A DNA stretch of 64,000 nt, from the NCBI GenBank assembly GCA_965208905.1, contig OZ242365.1, positions 1,760,001-1,824,000 of the forward strand, given 5' to 3'. The translations under genes and the position numbers were made by a program. Below are positions 63,778 to 64,000 of this stretch, one piece after another; the first letter of the stretch is position 1, and each line of letters opens with the position of its first letter. The stretch is from Nitrosopumilaceae archaeon. GTDB lineage: Archaea > Thermoproteota > Nitrososphaeria > Nitrososphaerales > Nitrosopumilaceae. The notes under the pieces were generated by a model that saw only the letters and a program-made list of their open reading frames with translations, was not told the origin of the DNA and made no database searches.

Positions 63778-64000
63778 TTAAAGACGCCTCTTTACTACAA
63801 AATCCAATAGTGATAACAGATTGTTATGGTGTTCACCCTGATATGTTTTCAGGGCGCGACGGGCAGCATCTGCATATGAGGCAGCCCGACTCCGGACAGC
63901 ATCCTCTATGCCTAAGCGCTGAATTATGGTGACGACGTTACGAGTCTGCTCTGCAGTGGACTGTTTGTTTCCAAAGACGCGCATTATGATGTCGCGATCT
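63778..64000 (-). CDS. Polyprenyl (GGPP) synthase C-terminus, partial
   Basis: Tail LLSLLDFVVKRRL and position immediately upstream of gltX. Confidence 0.6.
   Translation of the reverse strand, partial: DRDIIMRVFGNKQSTAEQTRNVVTIIQRLGIEDAVRSRAASYADAARRALKTYQGEHHNNLLSLLDFVVKRRL

Noticed and set aside
1-64000. CRISPR array associated with the TnpB/Cas12f-like genes
   Set aside because: No regularly spaced identical repeats with unique spacers were seen by eye.

Overview
Archaeal DNA, most likely an ammonia-oxidising Nitrososphaerota (Nitrosopumilaceae/Cenarchaeum-like). This is inferred from PEFG-CTERM and CFI-box-CTERM proteins, split MetH, archaeal GAPDH, proteasome alpha and topo VI; LVIVD-repeat proteins suggest a possible sponge symbiont. 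Positions ~1-21.8 kb form an IS-rich accessory island. The rest is core genes (psmA, metH, mdh, larBCE, iscS, nadM, phnCDE, metG, gap, tRNA-His, gltX) interrupted by mobile elements. Main discovery: two TnpB-family nuclease genes are each the only gene of an element with terminal inverted repeats (TIRs) and an exact 8-bp target-site duplication (TSD), at 171-1636 and 35879-37486. That is DDE-transposon architecture, not the IS200/IS605 or IS607 architecture TnpB normally has. The first element shares its outer 13 bp of TIR with a complete IS1595 element in the same window (10047-12736). That IS1595 carries a methyltransferase-HNH gene frameshifted at a G13 tract. Also seen: a duplicated convergent 38-aa/76-aa microprotein pair, a dispersed GTGGAAA-rich intergenic repeat family, and a radA-pilin chimera. 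All protein calls come from motif recognition by eye; no searches were run.
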